A stretch of DNA of 64,000 nucleotides from Camelus ferus (Eukaryota): assembly GCF_009834535.1 (NCBI RefSeq), contig NC_045697.1, positions 5,644,001 through 5,708,000 of the forward strand. Reading direction: 5' to 3'. Below the pieces are notes generated by a model that was given only the letters and a program-made list of their open reading frames with translations, was not told the origin of the DNA and did not search any database. Both the position numbers and the translations under genes were made by a program. Positions 51,870-64,000 of this stretch are shown piece by piece. How positions within the stretch are numbered: position 1 is the first letter of the stretch; each line of letters begins with the position of its first letter.

Positions 51870-51936
51870 GAGTGTGTAAACTCTACTCAGAACAAAGAGC
51901 CATCCGAGTGAAACGAGTGGTGGACAAGAAAAGGCT
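51870..51936 (+). CDS. STX18: Syntaxin-18 internal coding exon (probably exon 5), 67 nt, (R)VCKLYSEQRAIRVKRVVDKKR(L)
   Basis: Acceptor gtttccccctgaacag|GA and donor GGCT|gtaagt. Continues the STX18 frame. Confidence 0.96.
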
Positions 51937-52054
51937 GTAAGTGTTGTCTTTGTTCTTTAATTCATAATAGCAGTGTTCATAGCTCCCAGGGTCACAGAGC
52001 TCTGTGTATCACGATGTGCAGTGCTTGAAATTCCTTGTGAAATGCTGTCATGAG

Positions 52055-52270
52055 CGCCCAGCGGGCACTTCCCACATGCCAGGCACCGTGCCTGACTCTT
52101 CACCCACTCACAACTACCTCACAAGGCTGGGGCTGTCATGCCCCCATTTTACAGATGGGGAGGCTGAGGCTTGGGAAGTTAGGTGACTCCCCGCAGCCAG
52201 GAGGTGGCAGAGCTCGACTTGAGCCCAAGAGGTTGGTCCAAAATGCATGCTCTTGCCCATCTTGTGCTAC
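52055..52270 (-). mobile_element. MIR SINE
   Basis: atgccaggcaccgtgc..cccccattttacagatggggaggctgaggct. Confidence 0.8.
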
Positions 52271-52796
52271 TAGCCCTCGAGGCTGGCACAGGGTTAGCCG
52301 CTTTACCTTGGACTCTCTGCCTTCACGCCGCCCCTTGCGGCTTCTGAAGGCGTCTTGCTGAGGGAAGAGCTGCAGCGCAGGAAGGCCTCGTGTCACTGGC
52401 GGTGCACCTCTCTTCCAGTGCCAGGCGCTCCGGGTACACACCCCACTTCAGCCCTACCCCTGTTCAGTGCCCGCACTGTTAATAACCCCCTTTCACAGGG
52501 GAGGACACTGAAGCTGCAGCAGGGAAATGACTTGGCCAAGGCCATGCAGCCAAGAAGCAGCATTTCCTGTGGCCCCTGTCTGTCTCCCATAGGGCTGCAT
52601 GCTAGCTTCCAGTGCACAGGGGGCTGTGTCCTCATGGCCACTCAGCCAGCCTGCGATGGGATTCCTCAATGAAGAGGGGGTGCTGGGACCAGGCTCCAGC
52701 TCTTGACCACTTCTGAACTAGCTCTGGAGATTTTAGAGTGTTCTTTCAGAAGATAACATTGCATACTATTTTAGGACAAATTTTCTCAATTCTTAC

Positions 52797-53310
52797 TGTG
52801 TCGGGGTCCCCCGCCTCAGGTGAGGTGATTCACTGGGGGACTCACAGGATTCCGCATATAGTCCCACTCATGGCTGTGGTTTATTCCAGTGAGAGGGTGC
52901 AAAGCAAACAGCAAAGGGAAAAGGCACTGGGATGAAGGATGGGGGTGCCCAGGAGCAAGCGTCCAGAGCCTTCTCCAGGGCGTTGCACAGGATGTGACTG
53001 GCAACTCGTGTGAGATGTCGTCCACCAGCAAAGCTCATGAGAGACTCACAACCTGGGGATTTTATCCTGCTCACATAGGCACCTTCCAGCTGGCATGCAC
53101 CGAAATTCCAGACCCCTAGAGGGAAAGCAGGCATCCAGCAAAAACCACGTTGTTTGCACACAGTTCACGCACAGGGTGCCACTCTTAGCGGTCAGGGTGG
53201 CCGGAGCCCTCCCAAAGTCCAAGCCCCCACCGCCTCCCAGGGGCTCAGCTTGCAAGGAGGCCTCTCAGGGTTTCAGTCTTGGGCCTCTGGGGTTAACTTT
53301 TTCTTGCACT
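52797..53310. mobile_element. Solo LTR of the MER77/MER21 group (ERVL-related)
   Basis: tgtgtcggggtcccc..ggactcacagga..catatagtc..ctcatggct..gcaaagggaaaaggc..aaattccagac..gaaagcagg..gttaactttttcttgcac. Confidence 0.75.
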
Positions 53311-53594
53311 CTTGTGAGACAGAGTTGCAGTTGTAAATGCCAACAAATGGAAGCACATGTGGAGGAGAGTGAAGTGAGGCATGTTACCTGTTGGCAGATA
53401 GGTACTGTTGATCACACAAGATACTAATGGGGTAGGCAGAGAGAAGCAGAGAGGCTCTGCTCTCAGGGAGCTTTGGAGTCAGGCTGGGCTACTACAGAAA
53501 CGAAAAATAAGCTGACTTAATCAGGATATGTCATAATTAGTGAGACCAGGAGCAGGTTCAGAGAGGGGCTGGCACTATTAAATGGCAAAGCATA

Positions 53595-53990
53595 GGACCT
53601 AAGGGCTCCAGCTTGCAGCCGTACGGCCTGTGTTCAAATCCTGGCCCTGCCACTTGCAAGCTGTGACTCTTGGACAATCACTTAACTTCTCTGTGCCTTA
53701 GTGTCCTCACTTGTAAAATGGAAAAAATGTATAATACCTACTTTATTGGGTTGTTATGAGGACACAATGAGTTGATAGAGATAAAACGCTTACAGTGAGC
53801 GGTTAATATATGTTAACTTGTACTATTATCTGCCATTAAGCATTTATCATGTTATTTCATTTAATCCTCACAGCCATTCTTAATAAATATTAGTATCCCA
53901 ATTTATAGAGGAAACTGAGGCTCAGGGAATTGGGGTTACTTGCCCAGTGTCACACAGCTGAACTAAGATTTGAACGTCAGGTTAAGCAGG
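53595..53990. mobile_element. Two MIRs in opposite orientation (plus ~53595-53830, minus ~53840-53990)
   Basis: gttcaaatcctggccctgccacttg..ctgtgccttagtgtcctcacttgtaaaatgg, then ttaatcctcacagc..gaggaaactgaggctcag. Confidence 0.8.
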
Positions 53991-55599
53991 GCAGATTTCT
54001 CAGACAATGGCCTTTGTGTTGGCTGTCGAAAGAAAATAATCCAGTTAAGTGATGAGAGAGACAGAAAGCAGCCCAGACTCAGGAGGGAGTGCGGGCGGGA
54101 TGTTTGCTCAAAGCGAGTCCTGGAGGAGAAGGTAGGGCTCTGCTGCCACATGAGTCACCGTCACGATGGTATGTGGTCACTGGGTCTCACGTTCCCCCGA
54201 GGGAGAGATGCCACCTTCTGCTTCCTTATCCCAGGCGGACCCTAACACTGGAGACCTAGCAGGCACCTTGAGTAAAGTAAGAAGGGGCTTTTGCTGCTGC
54301 CTCCTCAGTGCTCAGTTCTCAGCAGAGGTTTTTACAAATTAAGATCAGTCAGATGGGAATTGTTCCCATTTAGGCAGTGAAGTTTAGCCAGTCTCCTGTC
54401 AGACAGCTGCCTTGTGCCAATTACTTTGAGCAAAGAACCTTGAGGGAAATAACTGTGACCCTTTGCGACGTGGTCTAGCCTCCCTTCTGGTTCCTTCCTC
54501 ACCTTGCCCCAGAAGGCGTCTGTCTAAAACATGTATAGTTTTATCTCTGCCTTACAAAGGCCAGACTTCATGGCATGGCATTCCAGGCCCGTGACACTTT
54601 GTTTCCCGGTCGGCCCCCGTGGGTATATGCTCTGGTCATACCTGCCTACTTTGTGTTCTGAAGAGGCCTTGTTCTTTGACGTTCCTGAGCCTTAATCCTT
54701 GCTGATTTCCCTGCCTAGAATGCCCTTCACGAATATAGTTATATTCTCTGTTCCTCTCCCGCATTCATGTCGCAAGCAAATTCCTGTTTACCCTTCCAGC
54801 CCCGGTGAAGATGTGGCCTGCTCTTTAAGGACTTCCCCAGTTCCCATGGGCCGTGGTAGTGGCTCCTTCCTGTGTAGGCTCTCTGCACATTGTCCTGGTC
54901 AGGTGTGACACTCCCGCTCCTGCAGATCTGCTAACGCCCCCCTCCGCCCGCTATGCAGCATGCTGCCTGTCCCGGTCCGCTGAGGACTGTGGAATGAATG
55001 TGCCAGTGACAAGTCTCCTGAAGACAGCTTGGCTGCGTGTAGGGCTTTTCATTGCCAAGCTGGATTGGTGGGTCCTTTGTTTTTGTATTATTTTGTTTTG
55101 ATTGATGATGGTTTTTGTTTAAAATCACTCTTAGAAAAGAAATTTGAGAAACTCAAGTTCCCGTGTTCTATGACATTGTTGCTGCTATCATGTTTGTTTT
55201 GTTCTTGGTGGGAAAAAACACACTTGTCAGTAAAAGGGCAGTCTGATTGTTTTTATTTTAACTCTTCCACAGTATAAGAGAAAAGGTGTTCTATGATGAT
55301 GACTGTTTTCACAGAATGGTGATACCACGCTAAGCTCTCATACCAAAGGGCTTTTATTCCAAACTGGGTGAAAATGTTCTGCCCACTAAGACAGCAGTGG
55401 TCTCAGCTGATCTTTCTGGATTTGTCCCTCCGTGACTATGTTCTTAGAAGGACAGTACCATTGTTAAATGTGACTCTTCTCACCCATCCCCTGGGCATTG
55501 AACTATCTGAGTCAACAGTGGGACCTGCTGTTAGGTACCTTAAGCTGGACGTGCGAGATGGTGGAAACTTCTACTGGGGTCTCATCTCTGTTCTTTCTC

Positions 55600-55730
55600 C
55601 TGCTGTGAGACTGAGAGTGCTTTGAAGGCAAGGACCGTTGTGTCTTTTGTCTCTGTGGTCCCAGTGCCTTGATCAGAGCCTGGCACAAAGTAGGTGCTTA
55701 GTTAATGGTTCTTGAATAAAGGAAGGAATG
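55600..55730 (+). mobile_element. L2 3' end
   Basis: agactgagagtgctttgaaggcaaggacc..cccagtgcct..agagcctggcacaaagtaggtgctta. Confidence 0.75.
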
Positions 55731-57157
55731 GGGCACAGTCACTCATTCCTGGCTCCTCAGATCTACATGTGAGAGCTTATATGTTGGAAAGGTTGTGGGC
55801 AGGCAGTGTAGACACAACTGCAGTACTGGCACAAGTGACCTTGTCGTCCTGAAAGGGTTTGACACGTACCCATTATCCTCCTGATCGCCCTGAAGCACTA
55901 CTATTTTGTTTAAGATTGACGTTGAAGCAGCCAACAGATGCCCTCCTAGGCATATACTCATCAAATTAAAAATCAATTAAAAATCATCAGAAACAGTTCT
56001 TCTTTCCAGAAAGTAATCAAGTTGTACAGCATTGGCTTTCTTTTTCCCAGGGAGAGGTTTGAAGCGGCAATCTGGAAATTAAACCTAACCTCTGATACTC
56101 TTTTCCACTAGTTCAGAACATTTTCTTTGTGGAGGGTTATAAACTATACAGAAGTCCAGGAACAGATCCAGACGTAACATAGTAGCCCTTTCTCTTCAGA
56201 CTGCTGTTTCCTTCTCATCCAGCAGTGGCTCATCTGATCCCGAACCTTACTTTAAAGTTTGCTGGGTTCTGGAATGCCATTTGAACACATCACTCTCACT
56301 AGTACAGTGATGTTCTTAGAGTGGAAACTTCGGCTATTTTTTTCTGCCTCAGGGGAGATCTGAGAAGGACAGAACGCATTGTCTGAAAGACAGTGGTTTC
56401 TTGTAACATTGTGGCGGCTGTGAAAGGGCAGGTAGGGAGACTGGACAACTCTGCAGCACTTGTCGGAATTTATCATTGTGGCTTGAAGTTAATTACCAGA
56501 ATATGATCACATCGTACTGTTACTTCTAAAGGATGATGTAAATGAGAATTTCCTAAGATATTCTGAGGAAATCCTGGTGACCTAAATAAAATGTGTTACT
56601 CTGTAGACAGCTTCCACGATCAAACAAGTCTGAGAAACACTTAGTGTACAGAGTGCTCGGAGTCTTCACTGACCCTGGGCCCTGATGACATCTTTCTAAG
56701 AGAGCCCTGCCCACTGCGGAGCCCTTCACTCTTGAAATACCTGGCAAAATAGTGCCTAATCCCGTGGCCAGGTGTATCACCTTGAGTTATTTATTATTTA
56801 CTCCCTGATGTTGGGTACAAAAGATACAAATTTTGCTACATTCCGTTTTTCCTCCTCCTTTAAAAAGAACATTGGTTTTCTTACAGCACATACACTCACC
56901 ATTCTTACTTGGTACTTAAAGAATGTACTCAGATTATTATTTATGATGCGATCCTCTCATCCCAACTAGATTGGAAGCCTGGTGAAGGCAGAATTTTGTC
57001 TTTTATCTCTTTATGTTCACAGCCCCTAACCCAGTATCCTACATAGAGTAACAGCTCAGTAAATTTTGCCAGTGTTGGGGAGGATAATGATGATAAAGAT
57101 GAAGAAAACAAGAAGTGATGTGATATGATATTAGGTCCAGAGCAATGATTTTGTCTT

Positions 57158-57487
57158 TTTTCTAAAGTTTTAGCTTTATTGAGGTAAAACTGACATATAA
57201 AATTGTAAAATGTTTAAAGAGTACATTGTGGTGATTTGATACACTGTACATTCAGAGAGGATTCCTGCCCACCTAGCTCATTAACATATGCATCACCTCA
57301 TGTATTTATCTTTTTAGGGGCAGTGGTTGGGAACATTTAAGCTCTGCTCTCTTAGAAAATTTCAGTTATACAAAATGGTGTTGTGAGCTACAGTCACCTT
57401 ATTGTCCATTAGACCCTCAGACCTTGTTCATCCTATAGTGGAAAGTTTGTACCGTTTTACCAGCCCCTCCGTATTTCCCCCACCTGA
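57158..57487 (-). mobile_element. Short L1MA-like 3' end insertion with TSD
   Basis: agctttattgaggtaaaactgacata..attaacatatgcatcacctca..; perfect 11-bp TSD GATTTTGTCTT (57147-57157 / 57488-57498). Confidence 0.88.
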
Positions 57488-57513
57488 GATTTTGTCTTGT
57501 GCACCACCTAGAA

Positions 57514-57726
57514 TAGGGGGTCAGTGAACTATGGCCTGTGGGCCAGAGCTAGCCCTTTGCCAGTTTTTGTACGGCCCTCAAGGTGAGCATGGTTTTCATA
57601 TTTTTAAATGTTTGTAAAACAAGAAGCAAAAGAAGAAATACATGAGTTAGAGACCATGTATGTTCTTTCACAAAGGCTACAATGTTTATCATCTGACCCT
57701 TTACAGAAAAAGCCTGCTGACCCATG
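57514..57726 (+). mobile_element. MER58-family hAT DNA transposon
   Basis: agggggtcagtgaactatggcctgtgggcca..tctgaccctttacagaaaaagcctgctgaccc. Confidence 0.85.
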
Positions 57727-58949
57727 GCTTAGACCAGGCTCTCTAAGTTGAAGGACCACTTTTTTGTTGTATGTTCTTTGCAGTCCATCACGGACTGATG
57801 TGTCCGGTTCCACCGCACAGATCGGGCTCACAGCTTACGCTGCAGGTGACCCAGCGGTGTTAGCTTACAGCTGAACTGGTCTGTACCCTGTTCAGAGAGA
57901 GGAGCCCTATGATTAAATGGCAACATTGAATTGCTATAAATGTTTCTTAATGCTTATTCTTCACATTTATTCATAGGAGACCAGTAACAAACAGTTCACA
58001 GTCTCATACTGGTCTGTGGACCATACTCTGCGTAGCACTGGCCTGAAAATCACCCAGCAGTGGACTAGATGCCCAGTAAATCTCTGTAAGTGTGACGGTG
58101 GCTGAAGGCAGTGAGGTGCTTCCCCGTGGGAGCACACGGGCCAGGGCCAGAGTGTGCACCTTAGTCTGCAAACCCGTCTTTGACATGACAGTACTGCAGT
58201 ATTAGGTCTCAAAAGTATCTTCTTTCTGCCTGGAGCCTCTGTTGGGGGCGGAAAGGAAGTGTAGGAGCGCTGCTCGACTCGGGTATGGACCACTTTTCTC
58301 TAACATTTAAGGGCTTCATTTTAGGTTTGCAAAGAATTTCCACATATTTTGTTGCTTCAAAATGAGAAAAATCTGTTTCTCTCCCTCCTTTCTATCTCTT
58401 TCTGTTCTTAAATTTTAAATAAAATCCCAGTTTTTCAAATAAGGGACCCAGAAACAGATGTTGGCCAGCTGGAACTTGTTGTGATTGAAGTTATGAAATG
58501 CTCAGCCTTCAGTTGGAGAAATTAATTTAAGTAAATCATGGAGCATAAACTGATCTTTCTGATGACTTTTTAAAAATTGCTTTTTTCAAATTCCCTTCAA
58601 CTAGTTAATTTTTAATTTCCCTGAGGATTTTAGTAGACATCCTATGTATAATTAGATGTGTTTTCATCACTTAAAAAAAAAGCACTTAACTTTGTCTAAG
58701 TCTGCCGCATTGCAGTCTTTTATTCATTTTAAATGGAAAACTGGCACATTGGCATGCTCTGGACACAAAGGAGATAGACATTAATGGAACCCTTTATTTA
58801 AAAGTCAGTTAAGCCATTCTCCTTCCTGAACAATTGAGTCCTGCAGCCACGGTTGGGGCACAGTAAGGTGGGTGTCTGCAGCAAGGGGGAGCTGTCGTCT
58901 CCCAGGGCAGGTCGGAGTCTAAGCCAGCTGAGGGGTGGCTCAGCATGGC

Positions 58950-60430
58950 CAGAGAGAGCCTGAGCAAGGACAGGGGCATGTCCGTGCAGGGGGAGGAGTG
59001 GCAGTGGAGATGGCAGGCTGGTTATATACAGGGGCATTGATCAGATAATTAAGCATGTAAGGGTAGCGGAAGCCAGGTTTCACACTGTCAGGGGAGTGAG
59101 AGGGAAATTGGATTGGAATGAAAGGTACTGATGTGAACTCACGGTTTTTAATCTACATAGATACAGAAAAGAAATATGGTTGTAAATGTGTGTGCATGAC
59201 TAGGTGTGCAGACACCCATATATATGTTCTGGCTCTGTCCACTGAGATGTCCTGGATGCAGTGACATCCCAATAGCAGTAAACGCACCTAGCACTCAGAT
59301 CTCAGGCTTCTAGATAGCAGTTTTAGCTTCTAGGAACTGCGGTTCCTTGGAGAAGTGGCTGAGTTTGGGGCTGGGTCAGGAAAAGTATAAAATGAGCCTG
59401 AACATTTTGTTGTACCAGAAAGCAAGGAAGGGTTCAGGGAGTGGTGGGGACATGTGAAAAGGACATAAGCCAGTTTGAAGGGGCTTCCACTGACCAAGTA
59501 AGAGACAATTTGAGCATCAAAATAAGTGATAGCAGATTATAACCCACTGAATAAAATAAGACATCATGAGTCCATCTGGATAGGAATAAAGAAATGAACA
59601 AATCAAGAGTCTGAAGTTGATAATTGCGTAGTATCAAAGCATTCCCTTCCCCAGGACTTGTTATCTGCAGAGAGGGAAAGAGTAACTGTGGTTACAGCCA
59701 CCACTGCAATCAGGGGATCAAAGTGAAGTCGTGTGCAGCCTGGTAGGATGCAGTGAGAAGAATGGGAATAGCATTTCCCTTTTATCATGTCATCATTTTC
59801 ACACCAGCGATGCATAAGCTGAATCCAACCATGAGGAGAGGGCAGACGAACTCAAATTGAGGGATGTCTTATAGAGTAACTGGCATGTTATTGTGTATTA
59901 AGATCATGAAACTCAAGGAAGGACCAAGATCTGTTCAATCCAAAGGAGACTGAAGAGAAATGACAATTAGATGCAGTGTGTGACTTGGAACTGATTTTTG
60001 TTTTGTTATAACGGATGTTACTGTGATGACTGGTCAAATTAGAATAGGGTCTAGGGAAAGGATGGGAGAAATGTACCAGTGTGAATTTCCTGATTTTTGT
60101 TTGTTTGTTTGGTTGGTTTGGGGGGGTGGTAATTAGTTTATTTATTTACTTTTTAATGGAGGTACTGGGGATTGAGCCCAGAATCTCATGCCTGCTAAGC
60201 ACACACTCTACCACTGAGCTATACCCTCCCTCCTGAATTTCCTGATTTTGATGGTTGCATTCTAGTTGTATCAGTGAAGGCTCTTATTTTTAGGAAATAC
60301 TGAAATACTCAGAGGTGAAGGGGCACCAGGTTGGCAACCTACTCTCCAACTCAGGTTCAGGAAAAAGGGCTTCTTTGTACTATGCACTTTAGACTTTTCT
60401 GCCTGTGATTGTTTCACAGTAAAATAAACA
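58950..60430 (+). mobile_element. Old L1MC-like 3' region, interrupted by a SINE
   Basis: ggttccttggagaagtggctga..gtaccagaaagcaaggaa..gagtaactggc..aaggagactgaagaga.atgacaa..ttcctgattttgatggttg..ggttcaggaaaaa. Confidence 0.75.
60098..60233 (-). mobile_element. tRNA-Ala-derived SINE (camelid Vic-1 type)
   Basis: Reverse complement GGAGGGAGGGTATAGCTCAGTGGTAGAGTGTGTGCTTAGCAGGCATGAGATTCTGGGCTCAATCCCCAGTACCTCCATTAAAAAG..; perfect 16-bp TSD TGAATTTCCTGATTTT (60082-60097 / 60234-60249). Confidence 0.93.
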
Positions 60431-62119
60431 AAACCCCACAAGGTACTAGCATCTCACAGATGTTAGAGTGGCCAGAATAAAAATGACCAGTGTTAGGGAG
60501 GATGTGTAGCAACTGGAAATCTCATTTATGGCTGGTGGGAACATAAAATAATTCTTTATTACAAACAGCCAAATAATTCTCCAAGGGTAAATAACCGTCC
60601 TGTGACCCAGAAATTCCACACTAGGTTCTTTATGCCCAGAATATCCTTTCTGCTTTTCTGTGCCTGGCAAAACTTTACCCCTCTTTCAAGAGTTTGCCTA
60701 AGTGACACCGCCCTCGAGAAGCCCTGGTTATTTCTGTGCTCTGAATTAGTAGCACTAAGAATTTGTAAAGTACTTACCTTTTACATAGGACTTTTCTTTT
60801 TTGTCTACTGTATTATTTAGTCTTTGCAACAACTTTGATAGTATTGAAAGGTTACTGGAAGCCAGGTTTCTCATTATCACAGAAGTGAAAGGGAGAAAGG
60901 CAGAACGAAGCCTGCTTTATTGGCTGGAACAAAAGGTACTGAAAGCTACTTTACAGATAAGGAAACTGAGGCCCAGGGCACAGGAGGTGAGCCGGGAGCA
61001 CCTGCTGTGTGCCCGCCTCTGTGCCAGATTCCTTGTCTTGGATGATCTCATTCAGTGTCTGCAAGAACCTTTTAAGAAGAGGGCTCTTTAATTCATCTTG
61101 CAGATGAAGAAGACTCAGAGAAAGAAGATATAAAAACCTGTCACACTGCAGGTAAGTGGCAGGCTAGAGGCCACTCTGCAGATGAGCTGCAGACTGGAGT
61201 CCAAGCCCACTTTTGTCTCCAGATCTGATTTCTAGATGCAGTTTTCTCAGGCAGTCAGCCAGCCAAAGGTTTAAGGACCTGCCATGGCATTTGTGGAATC
61301 ACAGAGGTAGCCTGTCAGCCAAGACGGTCTAGGAGGGCGTCAGGTCAGTCCTGCCGAGGAACATGGCAAAGGAGAAGGCTGCCCACCACTCAGGCAGCTT
61401 GTGATCTCCCCAGCTGGCCTCCTAAGACTCCTTAAATCTGTCCCCATCCATAGCACCAACCGAGAAGACCAGCACTAGTTGGGCCCATAATTAGAAGACC
61501 CTGCTGAGTCCCTTGTGCTGATTATAGCAGTGCTCTCCCCTCTCTGAATTTTTCTGAATTATTGATGGATTGTGTCAGCTGTTTCCTTCTGTTCCTCTGT
61601 TGGCCTGTGTCTTGTCAAAATAAAAAAATGTGTATTTTTTTAGGATGTCACAAGACAACCTGTCTAACCACTCTACCATTCTTATTACCCGGTGATAATA
61701 ACCACAGTGGTAATAGTGGTAGTAACAGCTAATTTTTTCAACTCTTACTACGCGCTATAGAGTATGGAAAGATGTACGTATAAACCAGTAGAAAGATACT
61801 CTTACAGTCCCATTTTACAGATGAGAAAACATGCTAAGAAATGGTCAGCCATTTGTCATTTAGTAACTGGAAAAAATATGAAAATCTGGCAAATGGATGT
61901 CTTGTTCATGTCACACTAGTTTAAATATTGGCTAAGGTGTCAGGTTGCCAAGTGCTAAATCCCAAAACTAATATTTGATGTAAAATGTGAAGAAATAAAT
62001 AATAAATTTAGTAATGACATTTATATATTTAATGTCAAACAGAATAAGTTTGTGTTTTATTTTTAAATTGGTTTCTCTTTTCAGTTATGTCATTAACTGG
62101 CTCTTTTGCTTAACCAGTT

Positions 62120-63840
62120 TTTTTTTTTTTAGATTTATCCATGTTATGTTTATGCATAATTTTTTCTTCCTTATGAATGAATAGTATCGCAGTGCATGAA
62201 TTTACCGTAGTTGTTTTATCCGGTCTCCTGTTGGTGGACATTTGGGTTGTTCCCACTGTCTGGCTGTTCTGGATAAAGATGCCGTGAACATTCCTAGACA
62301 GACTTTTGTGTGGATTTATCTTTCCATTTTCTTGGGTAAACACCTAAAGGTGGAGTTGCTAGGTCAGGGTGGAGGTGTTTTTTAAGCTAAGAAACTGCCT
62401 GAAGTTTTCCGAAGTGGCTGTGCTGTTTACAGCCTTGTCAGCTTGTGCGGAAGCTCCTGGTGCTCCACGCTTCACCGAGGTTTGAGGTTGGTGATGTTTT
62501 TACCTGTTGTAGTGGGTGCGTCGCAGTGCGCCACTGCGGGTTTATTTACCCAGTGCTGCTGGACGCCTTCCCGTTCATACATTTCCTTCTGTGAGATGTC
62601 TGGTAAGTCTTTACACTTGACCTGGTTGTTTATCTTTTTCTGTTGACTTGTATCGGAATTCTTTGTGTACCCTGCATACAAATTCCTTGTCGGGTATTTG
62701 CTGCAAATACGTTTTCCTGTTCTGTGGCTTGTCTATTCATTTTCTTAAAGGTGTCTTTTGATGAACAGAAACCCCTAATTTTGAGGAAGTCCAGTCTACC
62801 CCAAGGGAGCCAAGATACTCTTTTTTGTTTTCTTCTAGAATCTAGATTTTATGTTCAGGCCTAGCATCTATCTCGGGTTAGTTTTTTGATACAATGAGAT
62901 GAGGCTGAGGTTCATTTTATCCATGTAAGTATCCACTTATTCCAGCAATATTTGGACTTCCTTTTCCTAGTTAAATTGACCTGGCATTCCGTCAAAAATC
63001 TCTCAGCCCTGCATATATACCTGTTTCTGGATTCTCTGTGCATATCGTTGACCAGACTGTTCTTAATCCAGTACCTCACCGTCTTGATTCCCGTGGCTTT
63101 GTAGTAAGTCTTAAAGTCAGCTAGTGTAAGCCCACCAGATTTCTGCTTTCTCAGTGTTAGTTTTGCTGTTCTAGATCCTTAGTATATTTCCATGTACATT
63201 TTAGAATCGGCTTGTCAGTTTCTTCAGGAAACCTGTTTGGATTTTCATAGGGATTATGTCGAATCTATGTGTAAATTTAAAGAGAACAGATATCTTAATA
63301 TCTGTCCACAAACATGGTTTATTTTCATTTATTTATTTCTACCTTTATTTTTAAATTTTTTTCTCAGCAATATTTTGTCATTTTCAGTGTAGAAGTGTTG
63401 TTCATCTTTTGATAGATTTATTCCTAGATTTTTTTAAAGCCTCTTTTAAGCGGTACTGTTTTATTAATATTATTTTTCAGTTTCTCATTGCTAGTGTATA
63501 GAAGTACAATTGATTTTTGCATTTGCAAAATACTTTGTGTCTTGCAACATTAATTAATTGACATATTAGTTCTAGTAACTTTTTGTAAATTCTGTAATTT
63601 TTACATAAACAGTAATGCCATGCATAAATAACAGTAGTTCTATTTTTTAATCTTTATGCCTTTTATTTCTTTTTCTTGCTTTTTTGAGTTGCCTAGGACC
63701 TGGGCCTCTAGTACCATGTTGAATAGAAGTGGTTGGAATGGACATCCTTGCCTTGTTCCTGATGAAGGGGCAAGGATTTGTTGTTTCGCATTAAGTGTCA
63801 TGTTAGTTGTAGACATTCTGTAGCTCTTTATCAGGTTATG
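62120..63840 (-). mobile_element. Old L1 (L1M/L1ME) ORF2 to 3' region, antisense
   Basis: ggacatttgggttgttccc..ggagttgctaggtca..gtgtcttttgatgaacaga..agaagtacaattgattttt..ggacatccttgccttgttcctgat. Confidence 0.85.
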
Positions 63841-63858
63841 ATATTCAAGTTCCCTTTT

Positions 63859-64000
63859 TGTCGGGGGCTCCCTAGACTGCCCTCAGGCTTCGTTATTTGC
63901 TAGAAGGACTCACAGAACTCGGAAAAGCTGTTATGCTCATGCTGTGGTATCACAGTGAAAAGATGCAGATTAAAGTCAACAAAGGTCAAAGGCACATAAG
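63859..64000. mobile_element. Start of a MER68/MER21-group LTR inserted in L1, cut by the window edge
   Basis: tgtcgggggctccc..ctagaaggactcacagaactcggaaaagctgttatgctca..cagattaaagtcaacaaagg; related to the LTR at 52.8 kb. Confidence 0.7.

Noticed and set aside
1..64000. CRISPR arrays, operons, defence systems, rRNA, or the STX18 promoter and first exon
   Set aside because: This is mammalian intronic DNA. I see no repeat-spacer array, rRNA, promoter-type CpG island or STX18 N-terminal coding sequence in the window.

Overview
Mammalian intronic DNA, very probably camelid (alpaca/llama/camel), because it carries two tRNA-Ala-derived Vic-1-type SINEs with target-site duplications. The window lies inside STX18 (syntaxin-18, ER Q-SNARE) on the + strand. 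Four internal coding exons with canonical AG/GT boundaries (38632-38699, 49766-49881, 51633-51710, 51870-51936; 68/116/78/67 nt) splice into one open frame: [110 protein letters not shown]. The first exon and the SNARE/TM exons are outside the window. The rest is intron filled with L1, L2, MIR, MER20/MER58, ERVL-type LTR remnants and microsatellites; nearly all ORFs in the supplied track are spurious. I found no new gene or multi-gene system. The best second-look items are non-coding: a fold-back palindrome with 73-bp perfect arms made of two different L1 3' ends, an L2-derived inverted repeat, a divergent set of CTCF-like motifs, developmental TF-motif clusters, a weak-donor 159-nt intron, and signs of GC-biased substitution in old repeats and exon 3. 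Repeat family names and comparisons with human come from memory, not database searches; repeat boundaries are approximate unless TSDs are given.
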